From NCBI GenBank assembly GCA_964016885.1, contig OZ024742.1, positions 349,866,001 through 349,930,000 of the forward strand: a DNA stretch of 64,000 bases, given 5' to 3'. The notes under the pieces were generated by a model, which did not search any database, was not told the DNA's origin, and saw nothing but the letters and a program-made list of their open reading frames with translations. Shown piece by piece: positions 27,423-42,704 of this stretch. The DNA is from Eledone cirrhosa (taxonomy: Eukaryota). How positions within the stretch are numbered: position 1 is the first letter of the stretch; every line of letters starts with the position of its first letter. Position numbers and translations under genes: made by a program.

Positions 27423-28126
27423 AAAGAACACAAGAGCGTCTACAACATCAACAGATTTTTATTGGCTTACAATGTTTCTTCCTTACGTAACCGTAGAATT
27501 CGTCAGAGCTATAAAAGGGGTTTGATTGGTGTTATGGACTCTACCAACCAAACATTCAAGAACAAAGAGTAAAGAGAGTAAAGAGCAAAAGCAGGGGACG
27601 ATAAGTCTAATTTTGGTGCGGGAGGGTGGGGTTTGGGTCCTTGTTTACTAGCTGTGGTCATATTCATTCCCGAGAGTCGAGTGGTTAGTTGAGCCATAGA
27701 TGGGGTGGCGTCGATAGTAGGGTGCAGAGGTTGTGCAGAGGCTACACACACACAAAAGGCATACAATATATATATAATGGAGGAGGTAATTAGAAATGGA
27801 AAAAGAGTAATAATAATAATCTATAATTAATAATGTATAATAAGGCATCGGGAAGATTACACTATAATAAGGTATAAAAGTAAGAATAAGGTAAAATATA
27901 AAGGAGGATAAAAGTGAAAATAAGAATAAAGATAAAAAATATATATAAAAAATATATAGAGAATATATAAAGAAATATAAGCAATTATTAGGAGGGGAAA
28001 ACACAATGTAAAAAAACCGATCTTTTCAAACAAAAATATTATAAATATAGGGGGAGAAAACGGGATAGAGAAATATAATCAAATGTGATTATTTGAGAGA
28101 ATATAAGATGATAATAGTCATGTCAA

Positions 28127-30216
28127 CAAGCGCAAACCTAGATGAAATTAATAAGGAAGCATGCGCCATAATGGATAAACTAGGCCTGGAAAAGTATACC
28201 CAACCATATACCCCTAGACAACCCAGGTTCACCCTTAAAGACCATAAGGCTGACTTCATTAGTAAACCCTCTGTTAGATTAATTAGCCCATCGAAGTCAG
28301 ATATAGGGATTATCAGTAAGAAAATTTTAGACGGCGTTATACCTACCATCAGGAGGAAAATAAATCTAGAGCTATGGGAGAATACTGAAGAGGTTTTGAA
28401 ATGGTTCTCAAGCTTTAGCAACCATAAATCCCTTAAATTTATACAATTCGACATCGATGCGTACTACACCCCAATCTCCCCCATACTCCTTAATAAGGCC
28501 CTAATCATGGCCATGCAGAAAAGTGACCTCACTAGGTCTCAAATTAATGTCATTCTTGCGGCCCGGAAAACGATAATCACATTTGAGGACGAATTGTGGA
28601 CCTGCAAGAATACACCCAATAACTTCGACATCACAATGGGATCTAGTGACTCTGCACAAGTAACGGACCTGGTAGGATTGTACCTCTTAAAGGAGTTACA
28701 TGAGACATTACCGCACTTGAAGGGCGGCTTATATCGTGATGACGCCCTCCTCACTCTCGAGTATAAAAAGTGCAATATAGAAAGAACTAGGAAACAGTTA
28801 CGTAGGTTCTTTAAAAACTTTAATTTAAGTATTACCATAGATGCAAATGACAAAACAGTAAACTTCCTAGACGCCACCCTTGACCTAGAAACTAAAACAT
28901 TTGCACCCTACCATAAACCTAATGATAGACTAACATATGTAAACGCCAGCTCCAACCACCCCAAATCAGTCCTAAACGCTATACACAGGGAGGTCTCTAA
29001 TAGAATTAGCAGACTGTCCTGTAATGAGAGTATCTTCAACTCCAATGCAGAGTATTATGACAAGGCCCTAGTAGAATCTGGTTACCGGAATAGATTATCA
29101 TATATACATAAGGACTCCCAAACCATGAGTGTGAAACCTACCAACATAATCTCACATAGTATGGCCACAAAGCCTAACCAACTTAGAGGCAAGAATAATA
29201 GCAAGAACCCTAATGGTGGTAACCCAGCTAAATGTAAACCACGTAGAGACAATACAAGAGTCCCTCACCACAACTCTAAAACAGTAAATGATCATGCCAT
29301 GAATATAAACTATCCTGGCTTAAGCAAAACAGTCAACGCGACTAACGTTAATAACGGAACCCTACAAAATAGTACGCACAGTAACGAGACTCACCCCACA
29401 GATAAGAAAAATAGAAGAAGGAAAAACATGTATTTTAACCCACATTTTAACTCTGAGGTCCTCACTAACCTCCCCAGAGTATTCTTCTCATTATTAGAAA
29501 AAAACTTTCCACCAGGCAATAGATATCGCAACATAATTAACAAAAACGTGATTAAATTATCCTATTCGACCACACCTAACCTCGCATCACACCTAGCACG
29601 CACGAACATTAGGAAAACTAGGGAAGGTTTCGAAGCAATTAAAATGGCAGTTAACCACCAGCAACCGACTACACTGAAAAATGGGCAACATAATAGCATC
29701 ACTGAGCCATCTAATGATATAGAGGCACTTAGTGATAATGCTAGTAACCAATGCTCGGGAGGTACGCTAACTGATCGAACCCGCAGTTGCAATTGTAGGC
29801 GGAGTGGTAATTGTCCCCTAAGGGGGGCTTGCCTCATGAAAAACATCGTATATGCATGTGACGTAACCACACACAACTCTACCAAAACATATATAGGAGC
29901 AACGTCCAATACATTTAAAACTAGATTTAACGCGCAAATGTACACATTTAGACACGATAGACATAAGAATGCCACCTCACTGGCGGGATACATCTCCTTC
30001 TTAAAAAATAATAGTACCCCATACAAACTTTTTTGGAGGAAACTTACTAGATCCACGCGCTACCGACCGCAGAGCGGGAGTTGTGACCTGTGTTTACTGG
30101 AATGCCATGTCATAATACACTCTAAACTGAACCTGCTTAACAGGAAATCGGAAATTTTCTCCTCTTGCCAACACAAAATCCTGAGTTCCTTCTTCTATTT
30201 TAAACCTAGCACATAG
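28127..30216 (+). CDS. Naiad-type PLE reverse transcriptase + GIY-YIG endonuclease (uninterrupted, 5'-truncated; the listed start at 28093 lies in the inverted arm)
   Basis: FTLKDHK, RLISPSKSDIG, FIQFDI, FDITMGSSDSAQVTDLVGLYLL, YRDD, VNFLD, CNCR..CPL.G.CL..NIVY, YIG, CDLCLLE, LLNRKSEIFSSCQH. Confidence 0.92.
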
Positions 30217-31002
30217 ACGTAACATATATTACGCAACCCCCACCTAGAAATACCTCTCCTTGACTATAGTTCCCCCCCAACCCACAACCCAGATAGATAG
30301 GTAGCCTGAGGGGGGAACAGTCCCCTACAAGGTTGGTGTTTGTGTGTGTGTGTGTATGTGTGTGTCTGTGTGTGTGTGTGTGTGTATCCTCCTTTTCTCT
30401 CTCTCACACACACACACAGACATGGGTATGTATGTATGCGTGCGTGTGTGCATGCATGCATGCATGCATGTGTGCGTGTATTGTATGCATGTATATTGTA
30501 CGTATATATATATATATGTATATTGTATGCATCTGTATTATATTGTGTGTATGTGTATATGTGATATGTATGTGTATATGTATATGTATGTGTATATGTG
30601 TATGTGTGTGTGTATGATATGTATGTGTGTGTATATGTATGTATATTTTTTCTGTAGAAGTCTTCTCTATATGTGGTATTTGGCATGAATTCCTCCTATA
30701 GTACTCCTCTTTGAGAGGAGCACGATATGTAGAGTAACACATATGTATTGTTGCAGTTGAAACTGAGAACCACCACCCCTCCTGCTGACCCAAATGTTTA
30801 CTGAGGACCAGAACACCATTCTCCACAATATAAGAGAGAAATGCGCTTGCCAGACTATTGATGACCATAACATCACATTCCAAGGTAATGGCAAAACACA
30901 GTGAATACTAAACACGACCAGAACACCACAACATGCACATCGGAGCAACAGAGATATAACATCAATAAGCGAGTCAATTGAATTTTTTGAGTTGAAATAC
31001 AT

Positions 31003-31286
31003 ATAGATATGTGTCTGTGTGTATCGGACACACGTACACATAAGGAAACTGCTGACCTAAATGTACCTGTCATGCCTGTCTGAATTCCTAAGAGAATTTT
31101 CGATCAGTTGCTATCTTGACCGATTACCCTCACAATTACTACGTATAAATATGTGTCTGTGTGTATCGGACACACGTACACATAAAGAAACTACTGACCT
31201 AAATGTACCTGTCATGCCTGTCTGAATTCCTAAGAGAATTCTCGGTCAGTTACTATCTTGACCGATTACCCTCACAATTACTACGT
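31003..31286. repeat. ~143-bp tandem duplication in the PLE 3' UTR
   Basis: ATATGTGTCTGTGTGTATCGGACACGTACAC...CACAATTACTACGTA occurs twice. Confidence 0.9.
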
Positions 31287-32445
31287 AGCGGTTCTTGCAC
31301 GTGACTGCTGGACCCGGATGAAACGAAGACGAGGAATTTCATTGCGTACCGTTTTGTACCACAGATGCGGTCTCACTCTGCCTCGTTAATGTTCAATCGA
31401 CACCAAAGTTTTACGGTCGGGGCAATAGAATTGAATCCAATCACCGACAACATAGTTGGATGACCGATAATCACACCAAACCGGAGTACTGTGATCCTTG
31501 TGATTTCGAGATATACAACCACTGACACTGTTACGAAGACCAGAAAACCATTACTCCATAATATTGAACCAAGTGACTGATTTGTGCGACCAAAATAACA
31601 CCACACACATATTGAACTAGGAATATTGGATCCTCCGTCAATGTCTGGGTGAGCAAAAATAGATTTCTATCTGCATTGGAATTTACGAACTTGTGCATCT
31701 GCTGTGGTGTCAAAAACAAACGCACATGACCGCACGGATGAACAATGGACTATGCCACGTGGCTTGAACCTGCAGGTGAATTGAAGGATGTGTAACTCTG
31801 ATATACAGATTGTTTATTATTAGGATGTATAAACTTGACATGACTATTATCATCTTATATTCTCTCAAATAATCACATTTGATTATATTTCTCTATCCCG
31901 TTTTCTCCCCCTATATTTATAATATTTTTGTTTGAAAAGATCGGTTTTTTTACATTGTGTTTTCCCCTCCTAATACTTGCTTATATTTCTTTATATATTC
32001 TCTATATATTTTTTATATATATTTTTTATCTTTATTCTTATTTTCACTTTTATCCTCCTTTATATTTTACCTTATTCTTACTTTTATACCTTATTATAGT
32101 ATAATCTTCCCCATGCCTTATTATACATTATTAATTATAGATTATTATTACTCTTTTTCCATTTCTAATTACCTCCTCCATTATATATATATTGTATGCC
32201 TTTTGTGTGTGTGTAGCCTCTGCACACCCTCTGCACCCTACTATCGACGCCACCCCATCTATGGCTCAACTAACCACTCGACTCCCGGGAATGAATATGA
32301 CCACAGTTAGTAAACAAGGACCCAAACCCCACCCTCCCGCACCAAAATTAGACTTATCGTCCCCTGCTTTTGCTCTTTACTCTCTTTACTCTTTGTTCTT
32401 GAATGTTTGGTTGGTAGAGTCCATAACACCAATCAAACCCCTTTT

Positions 32446-32496
32446 ATAGCTCTGACGAATTCTACGGTTACGTAAGGAAGAAACATTGTAAGCCAA
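32446..32496 (+). ncRNA. hammerhead ribozyme (mirror copy 27463-27513 on minus)
   Basis: GCT-CTGACGA-ATTCTACG GTTA CGTAAGGAA-GAAA-CATTG-TA|AGC, then AATAAA. Confidence 0.8.
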
Positions 32497-32635
32497 TAAA
32501 AATCTTTTGATGTTGTAGATGCTCTTGTGTTCTTTATCATATATACGGCTCTGCTCCAAAGCATAGAGCTAATTATTATGCTGCCAATACCTTAATGGGA
32601 CACGGGTATACAATGCCTAACTCCTATTAACCTAA

Positions 32636-32683
<48 letters not shown>

Positions 32684-33644
32684 ATTTATAATTTGGATAT
32701 TTGCTCTATATTTGAATCATGGATATAAGAATACGGTAGGTATATTTAAAAACATAGAAAATATAATTACGTACACATTATAAATAAGAGATCAGAAAGG
32801 CATGAAAAATTTGCAGTTATAAATAAGTTCAGTAAAGATGTAAGGGTTGGATACAAAACTCAGATTTAAAACTTAAGTAGGAAGATAAGGATAGAGAAAT
32901 GAGAAAATAACGGTATGGATCAAAGTTAATAGAATAATGTTATGTGTATCAATGTTCCGGCATGTTATTGAACAAGTGTCTTTCATTCGAGCGTTATTTC
33001 TTCTATAGATAGTTATAAGATAGTGAACTATTAAAGGCCACTAAAGTGTTTCCCTGTTGATTTTATAGATCTGACAACCAAGTTTTTAATGGTTTAATGT
33101 TCCTCTCTCTTTTTTTCTCGTTTTGTGGGAGGCTAAGAATGTGGACGTAGCTTTGTGGAGACAACTAGAGAATAATACACTTTTTTTGTTAATTAGGGTC
33201 TCGTAGTTATTAATAATCAACAGGGTCTCCATTGTACAGAGTGCGCAGTTATTTGATATACTAGAGTTGTGGTAAACTCCACAGTTCCGAAGTTTTGTCA
33301 AATTAAATATTTTGTCCAAATTAAATATTTTGTCCAAATTAAATATTTTCAAACTTAACCGTTTAACTTTCGGAAAAAAAATCTCCTTCTGCATTACCCC
33401 CTTCTCTCACTGACTCTTATAATTCATGAAATGCTTTCCTAGATAAATTGTAGTATCATACATATTAAAATCTCGATAACTGGTACATTAAGCAACGTTT
33501 TTCTTACTCACACATTCTCTATTGAATTTATTACGTTTTCGCATTTTCTCATAATTAGGGTATAAATGTTAAATTTTCTCTTAGGTTAATCACTACCTTG
33601 ATAAAATCTTAACCATTTAAAATCTCAGGGTATGTCATGTATCA

Positions 33645-33702
33645 TTATATTTTGTCTGATGAGGACGTACTGTTGTACATCCGAAATATGTATAATAAAA
33701 TG
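33645..33702 (+). ncRNA. minimal hammerhead ribozyme (mirror copy 26339-26395 on minus)
   Basis: CTGATGA-GGACGTAC TGTT GTACATCC-GAAA-TATG-TA|TAATAAAA. Confidence 0.8.
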
Positions 33703-33746
33703 TAATTGATCAAAAGAACATCTATTTTATTAATATTTATATTCTA

Positions 33747-33856
<110 letters not shown>

Positions 33857-33940
33857 ATATTGTATAAATATATATGAATATATATATATATACAATATAT
33901 ATATATATATATATATATATTCATATATATATATATATGT

Positions 33941-34007
<67 letters not shown>

Positions 34008-34544
34008 GGGGAATTAGAGATAAATAAAAACACACACACAAACATATATTTATATATAAATATATATATATATATGTTTATATACTTATATATATGATTT
34101 AGTTCTTCAATTTTCTGTCATTTGAATCTGTCACTATGTCATTACATTTCCTATCAAGCTCTCCCCCCTCCTCCTCCTGATGATGATGATCATCATCACC
34201 ACCATCAACATCATGATCACCACCACCACCCTCCACCATTAACACCACCAACATCATCATCACCACCACCACCACCAACATCATCATCACCACCACTACC
34301 ATCATCATCACCACCACCACTACCACCACCACCACCACCACCACCACAATCATCATCATCACCACCACCATCATTGTCATCATCGTCATGACCACCACCA
34401 CCACCACCATCATCATCGTCATGATCATCTTATTGATTAAGAATTTGATATTATGCTTCATGTATATCGGCTGTCGTCTTAATTCATGCGTTGTCTGAAT
34501 ATATATATATATGAATATATACATATGTATATATACATACATAC

Positions 34545-34582
<38 letters not shown>

Positions 34583-34688
34583 ATATGTATATATACATAT
34601 ATACATACATACCCCCCCCCCCCCACATATATATATATATGTATATATATATATATTTATACAAATATACATACATACATACATACAT

Positions 34689-34753
<65 letters not shown>

Positions 34754-34947
34754 GCTGCGTGTGTGTGTATATATATACAATGTCTGGCTTGATGGTCAGT
34801 AGAAATCCGTCTGAATGAATGATTAATTCAAAAATGAAGGGAAGAAAATATTAGAAACTACATAGAATGTTATAAGACTGTTAGTAGAAGAAAGTATTAA
34901 AGTCAGCTATTGATGTTGAGATGATTTCTTTACAAGTGATAGAAAGT

Positions 34948-35238
34948 ACATAGAACAGGGTGTCTATATCTTCAATAGTATCACTATATCAACATAGAAC
35001 ATGATGTCTATATCTTCAATAGTATCACTATATCAACATAGAACATGATGTCTATATGTCCAATAGTATCACTATATCAACATAGAACAGGAGGGTGTCT
35101 ATATCTTCAATAGTATCACTATATCAGCATAGAACAGGAGGGTGTCTATATATTCAATAGTATCACTATATCAACATAGAACAGTGGGATGTCTATATCT
35201 TCAATAGTATTACGATATCAACATAGAACAGGGTGTCT
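34948..35238. repeat. ~44-47-bp minisatellite, ~6.5 copies
   Basis: CATAGAACA..GTGTCTATATCTTCAATAGTATCACTATATCAA. Confidence 0.95.
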
Positions 35239-35299
35239 GCCACTGTGTGCCTGCTTCATCGCCCTTCCTTTCTCACTATATATACTATATATATATATA

Positions 35300-35571
35300 A
35301 CTATCCGGGAGCTTCCAACAGTAATGGTTGCATTTTTTAAGGGTATGTCAATATTTATTTATAAAACTGATCTATATTATATTTTGTCTGATGAAAGCAC
35401 ACCAAAATTTAACTTGGTGTCCTTGAAATATGTATAATGAAATAAATATGGTTTTATAAATATAGTTTCCATTTGTTAATATCGTATGTTTACTCCAAAT
35501 ACTTGTTGAGTGTTTTATATCAGTTATAAAAATATTTGCTTGTTGTATCCCAACAATTTAAATAGAACTTT

Positions 35572-35575
<4 letters not shown>
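35300..35575 (+). mobile_element. PLE 3'-end fragment with HHR (35380-35445) and ~90-nt tail
   Basis: CTGATGA-AAGCACACCAA AATTTAAC TTGGTGTCCTT-GAAA-TATG-TA; homologous to 1600-1740 and 40890-41034. Confidence 0.8.
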
Positions 35576-35615
<40 letters not shown>

Positions 35616-35780
35616 CACCCACACACACCTATGCACGCACACAGACATTTGTATATCTATAGCCATCTCTTTCTCTCACTCCCCCTCTCTCTCTTTCTCT
35701 CTCTCTGCCCCCTCTCTCTCTCCCTATCACACACAGTCTCTGTCTCTGTCTCTCTCTCGATATATATATATATATGTATG

Positions 35781-36046
<266 letters not shown>

Positions 36047-36116
36047 GCATATATATATATATATATATATATACAAAAAATTTACGAAATGGAAATGCGG
36101 GTATATAGAATTTATT

Positions 36117-36233
36117 AGGTAACAATTGTTTCTATAGTGTATGAGTTACCTATACCTCGCTATTTGAATAATACACAAATATTATCAAAAACCGAAAGTA
36201 CACTGTAAGCCAACACACCATGTCATCAGACCT
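36117..36233 (-). ncRNA. type I hammerhead ribozyme, ~90-nt stem II domain, at the end of a (TA)n-flanked fragment (36073-36612)
   Basis: AGGT-CTGATGA-CATGGTGTGT...ATACACTATA-GAAA-CAATTG-TT|ACCT-AATAAA. Confidence 0.8.
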
Positions 36234-36609
36234 TTGTATTAGAATGATATGAAAATATTTCATACACTAGATAAAAGATAAAGAAGGAGGTAGGAAGAGA
36301 GGGGGGGAGAGGGAAGTGAGTAAGGTGGAGGGAGTCTTAGGGTTTAAGACTGTCAGACTAGTAGAGATTGTGAAGAGAGAATGTTTTGGCAGCAGTTAAC
36401 TTAATGAGGCGTGCTAAGGTTGGCTGGGAAGTAGATACTTCTAGTGGTGTTGTTCGGACAAAATTTAGTTAGAGGGGTCAAAGTGGTACAATGTCACAGA
36501 CAAGTTATTAGGGCTATTGTAGTAGCAGGTTATTTCTAAAGGGGTCCAGAAAAACAGTGTTTAGTACTATTATTATAGAAAGCCATATCTAGTGTATAAA
36601 CAAATGATC

Positions 36610-36706
<97 letters not shown>

Positions 36707-36713
36707 GAATATA

Positions 36714-36821
<108 letters not shown>

Positions 36822-37673
36822 TATGAGATTGATTGGTTGATTAGTAAACAGTCTGTGTATTTCCATTGGTAGATAATTGCTGATGAAAAACAAGACCAAA
36901 ATAGAACGGCTGTGATATCAGTAGATGTTGTTGATATATAAATTGGTGGGCGTTATGAATTGTTCAGGAATTGATAAATAATTTGAGGGATCATGAAACT
37001 TTCAGGATTTGAATCAGATACATGAAAAATGTATGTCTGAACACAGCAGAGACGGAGAGAAAGTGTAAATGAGGAAGATACATAGAGGAAAAATGGATCC
37101 CAGTATTGATATGATATCTTTTTATCGATCTCTGAAAAGATGAAAGGCAACGTTGACCTCATCAGAATTTGAACTTGTTGAGAGACGGAATAAATACCAC
37201 AAACAACCATCCAACATTCTACATCTCTGCCTATTCACCATCGACATGAAAGAGTTAAGGTAAAGTTCCACGTCTTTCCATCACACTTAACGTTTGGTAA
37301 CCATAAAATTGCGAAACCGGTAAAGTTATTGTATATAAATCTTCTTTGTGACTCCAAGTGCATATATATTGGTAACACAAACAGTTTTCAGCTGTCAAGG
37401 TGGACTTAAACAGTTTCAATCCCTACCAACAGTACTGATGGCGGCCAATTGTGGGTCACAGTGTCTAACGAGAGTTAAACACTGTCATGGTGTATCTTAA
37501 AGGAGAAAGAACGAAACAAAAACACAGGACAGAAGAATTCAACGAATTACTATTTTTCTGGCGTCATCTTGGGTTGTAATTATATTGTCACAATGTCTTT
37601 CATTGTTGTCATAGTAACAAATTAAGAATTCCTTCTCTTTATGACACCGAGACCTCTACTAACACCAGAGACG

Positions 37674-37713
37674 TCATCATCATCACTACATTTCCTCCTC
37701 CTCATCCTCCTTC

Positions 37714-37770
<57 letters not shown>

Positions 37771-37982
37771 GCATCACCATCCCCATCATCATCATTATCA
37801 TCATCATCATCATCATCATCACCATCATCACCATCATCATCACCATCATCACTAACACCACCATCATCACCAACACCACCATCATCATTATCACCATCAC
37901 CATCATCACCATCATCCCCAACACCATCATCCTTACCATCATTACCAACGCCATCATCATTATCAACACCATCATCACCATC
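37674..37982. repeat. (CAT)/(CAC) triplet repeat; similar tract at 34160-34430
   Basis: Direct read. Confidence 0.95.
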
Positions 37983-37988
37983 AAATGC

Positions 37989-38019
<31 letters not shown>

Positions 38020-38025
<6 letters not shown>

Positions 38026-38176
38026 TACAAATATTAATAAAATAGATGTTCTTTTGATCAATTACATTTTATTATACATATTTCGAAAATTTGGAAAATT
38101 ACTCCCGTAGAGTGCTTCCAATCTACTGTAAAACTCATTCTTTGATATACTCATTGAATCTTGTTTAACTCTTTAA
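38020..38176. mobile_element. ~155-bp two-ended remnant of the 26210-33747 family
   Basis: 38020-38085 matches 26297-26358 and stops at the HHR GAAA; 38120-38176 is the reverse complement of the tail 26210-26265. Confidence 0.8.
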
Positions 38177-38190
38177 TATATATATATATA

Positions 38191-38458
38191 TAGGAAAAAA
38201 TATGATCCCGACGGCAGAGCTCAAGCCGTTTCGACGGCTATTTCTGGACTAAATTAGAATTTTTAGCCTGGTGAATAAATTTAATGAATGAATCTATTCA
38301 CCAGGCTAACAATTCTAATTTAGTCCAGAATTAGCCGTTGAAACGGCTTGAGCTCTGCCGTCGTGGTCATACTTTTTCCTATTTCTCACTCTACTACCCT
38401 AAGTATTGAGTACTCTGGTGCGTTATGGTCCATCTGGTCCCTTACCACAATTGCTTTG

Positions 38459-38460
<2 letters not shown>
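38191..38460. mobile_element. fold-back cassette (arms 38191-38280 / 38301-38381, tail 38382-38460) with HHR 3' half
   Basis: Palindromic arms carry GAAA-CGGCTTGAGCTCTGCCG-TC; tail shared with 19397-19476 and 52430-52494. Confidence 0.8.
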
Positions 38461-38536
<76 letters not shown>

Positions 38537-38875
38537 ATGTATGGTAGTATGGTAGTGATGGTAGTGGTGAGAGGTGGTGGTATATACAGCGATGATGGTT
38601 GTCATCATCGCTGTAACCGTAGCCGTGACATTTCTACAGTATGAATTGTCTATGTTGTGATAGTGGCTAATATGTTGTTCTAAACCCACCACCCACCTCC
38701 TCCCCGTCGCCCTCCCTCTCCTCCTCCCACCATTCCATTGTCAATACCATAAGTTGTCATCGGTTTAATTACTGGAACAAGGCACTTTGCAAATTTCAGG
38801 AAAAGCCATCTTCTTTAACAATCCTGCAGTCCTGAGGTCTGTCAATCTCACATCTAATAAACAGATAAATATAGT

Positions 38876-39858
38876 ATGGTGGTGGTGGTGGTGGTGTGGT
38901 GGTGACGGTGATGGTGGTGGTGGTATGGTGGTAGTGGCGGTGGTGGTGGTGGTAGTGGTGTGTTGGTGGTGGTGGTGGCGTGGTGGTAGTGGCGGTGGTG
39001 TGGTGGTGGTGGTGGTAGTGGTTTGGTGGTGGTGGTGGTGGTGGTAGTGGCGGTGGTGTGGTGGTGGTGGTGATGGTAGTGGTTTGGTGGTGGTGGTGGT
39101 GGTGGTGGTAGTGGTGTGGTGGTGGTGGTGGTGATGGCGGTGGTGGTGTCGTGGCAGTGGCGGTGGTGTGGTGGTAGTGGCGGTGGTGTGGTGGTGGTGG
39201 TGGTGATGGTGGTGGTGGTGTGGTGGTAGTGGCGGTGGTGTGGTAGGGTGGGTGGTGGTAGTGGTAGTGGTGGTGGTGGTGGTGGTGGTGATGGCTGTGG
39301 TGGTGTGGTGGTAGTGGCGGTGGTGTGGTGGTAGTGGCGGTGGTGTGGTGGTGATGGTGGTGATGGTGGTGGTGGTGTGGTGGTAGTGGCGGTGGTGTGG
39401 TGGTGTGGTGGTAATGGCGCTGATGGTGTGGTAGTAGTGGTGGTGGTGGTGGTGTGGTGGTAGTGGCGGTGGTGTGGTAGTGGTGGTGGTGGTGCTGGTG
39501 TGGTGGTAGTGGCGGTGGTGTGGTGGTGGTGATGGTGGTGCTGGTGTGGTGGTAGTGGCGGTGGTGTGGTGGTGGTAGTGGTAGTGGTGTGGTGGTGGTG
39601 GTGGTGGTGGTGGTGATGGTGATGGTGGTGGTGGTGGTGGTGTGGTGGTAGTGGCGGAGGTGTGGCGGTGGTGGGGTTGGTGGTGGTGGTGGTGGTAGTG
39701 GTGTGGTGGTGGTGGTGGTGGTGGTGGTGGTGGTGGCGGTGGTGTGGTGTTTGTGGTGGTGGTGATGGTGGTGATCGCGTTGGTGATGGTGGTGGTAGTG
39801 GTGGTGGTGGTATGGTGGTAGTGGTGGTAGTGGTGGTGGTGGGGGTGGTATCAGCAAC

Positions 39859-39915
<57 letters not shown>

Positions 39916-39968
39916 GGTGGTAGTAGTAGTAATAGTAGTAGTAGTAGTAGTAGTGGTAGTAGTAGTAA

Positions 39969-40006
<38 letters not shown>

Positions 40007-40168
40007 ATAGTAGTAGTAGTAGTGGTAGTGGTAGTAGTAGTAGTAATAGTAATAGTAGTGGTAGAAGAAGAAGAAGAAGAAGAAGAAGAAGAAGAAGAAG
40101 AAGAAGAAGAAGAAGAAGAAGAAGAAGAAGAAGAAGAAGAAGAAGAAGAAGAAGAAGAAGAAGAAGAA
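38876..40168. repeat. compound (GGT)n / (GTA)n / (GAA)n triplet repeat
   Basis: Direct read. Confidence 0.97.
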
Positions 40169-40254
40169 GGTGTGGCAGTAATAACAGGGCTGTAGTAACT
40201 GAGAAATACGAAAGAGGAGAAGATGTAGAAGGAGATGATGGGGGAGCTGTGCTA

Positions 40255-40446
40255 GCGGTGGATTGGCAGTATCGGTAGAGAGTCGGACACCATGCTTTGA
40301 AGCATAGAATTACGTCCATTTATGATCTGAGTTCAAATCCCGCCGAGGTTACCTTTGCCTTTCATCCTTACGGGGTCGATAAAATAAAGTACCAGTAATG
40401 CACTGGTTAATTGCTGGCCTTGTGCCAAAAAGTAGAAACAATTATT
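40255..40446 (+). mobile_element. full-length SINE
   Basis: GCGGTGGATTGGCAGTATCGGTAGAG...AGTAGAAACAATTATT. Confidence 0.92.
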
Positions 40447-40495
40447 GTTAGTAATAATAGAAGCTGTCTGTGGGACTGACCTTAAGGTAGAGTGA

Positions 40496-40576
<81 letters not shown>

Positions 40577-40590
40577 ATATATATAACCTC

Positions 40591-41696
<1,106 letters not shown>

Positions 41697-41716
41697 TATA
41701 TATATATATATATATA

Positions 41717-42206
41717 CGGGATAACAAATTATTGTTATAGGTAGTCCACTTAGATGTAGTCCAGTTAGGGTACTCCGAGTAGTGGATAGTATTAACGCTT
41801 GGCTAAGTTTGACTCAACAAGACGTTTCCATAGTGATCCTGCGAGTACGCGGTGATTTCTATCTAGTTTACACTTGGAGTAATAATAAATCAAGAAACAA
41901 GAGTGACACGGTTTATTATACAATAAGGGCTTTATTCACATTGCTGACAATTGTTTCTCTGAACTGGTAGGTCTAGAGATCGCTACCCCTCTGTTTTTGC
42001 GTCAATCGATCACCAATACTTTGTTATAACCAGTCAGTTCATCAGAGCGCTCTGATGAACTGACTGGTTATAACAAAGTATTGGTGATCGATTGACGCAA
42101 AAACAGAGGGGTAGCGATCTCTAGACCTACCAGTTCAGAGAAACAATTGTCAGCAATGTGAATAAAGCCCTTATTGTATAGCAAACCATGTCAGTCTTCT
42201 TTCTTG

Positions 42207-42212
<6 letters not shown>
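41717..42212. mobile_element. spacerless palindromic HHR cassette (41885-42212, centre 42048/42049; candidate tail 41717-41884)
   Basis: Palindrome centred on GAGCGCTC; each arm is GCT-CTGATGA-ACTGACTGGT...ACCAGTTCAGA-GAAA-CAATTG-TC|AGC...AATAAA. Confidence 0.9.
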
Positions 42213-42240
<28 letters not shown>

Positions 42241-42704
42241 CCATTATATATAATGCACGCTCACACGGCTTCCATTCCTTGGAACATAACTTAACTACCG
42301 GCTCAACCCCGATCTAATCCGCCGTGACCTTTCTCCGAACTTTACACACCTTCCCACACTTGGTCTTTCCTTCCACGCATTACCTCTGTTTGATTTTGTT
42401 ACTGTACTTTTTTTTCCGTATATGATTCTTTGCCTGTGTTCTTACAATTTTATTTCTATGATTTTTTGTTCACGATTGCCTGTGTTTTTACCTTTATGAT
42501 TTTTTGTTCACGATCGCCTGTGTTTTTACCTTTATAATTTTTTGTCTTTAATTTTCCTGTGTTTACTCCCCCCTCCCTACGTTTTTCTGTTTCATTTTCC
42601 CTTCCCCGTCTCTGCCTATCCTTCGCACTCACCCCTTCGTTCACTCCACCCCGCTTCACACCCCTGCCTTCTCATCCCTCCCCCTGCTTTCACCCACGCC
42701 CACC

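Larger units (their letters stand above)
27419..32637 (+). mobile_element. inner Naiad-type PLE: inverted arm 27419-28126, 5'-truncated ORF, 2.3-kb 3' UTR, end at 32541 plus tail to 32637
   Basis: 27419-28126 is the reverse complement of 31835-32541; both ends abut (TA)n. Confidence 0.92.

Noticed and set aside
38796-40319. Pro/His/Thr/Leu-rich 507-aa ORF
   Set aside because: Pure triplet-repeat translation.
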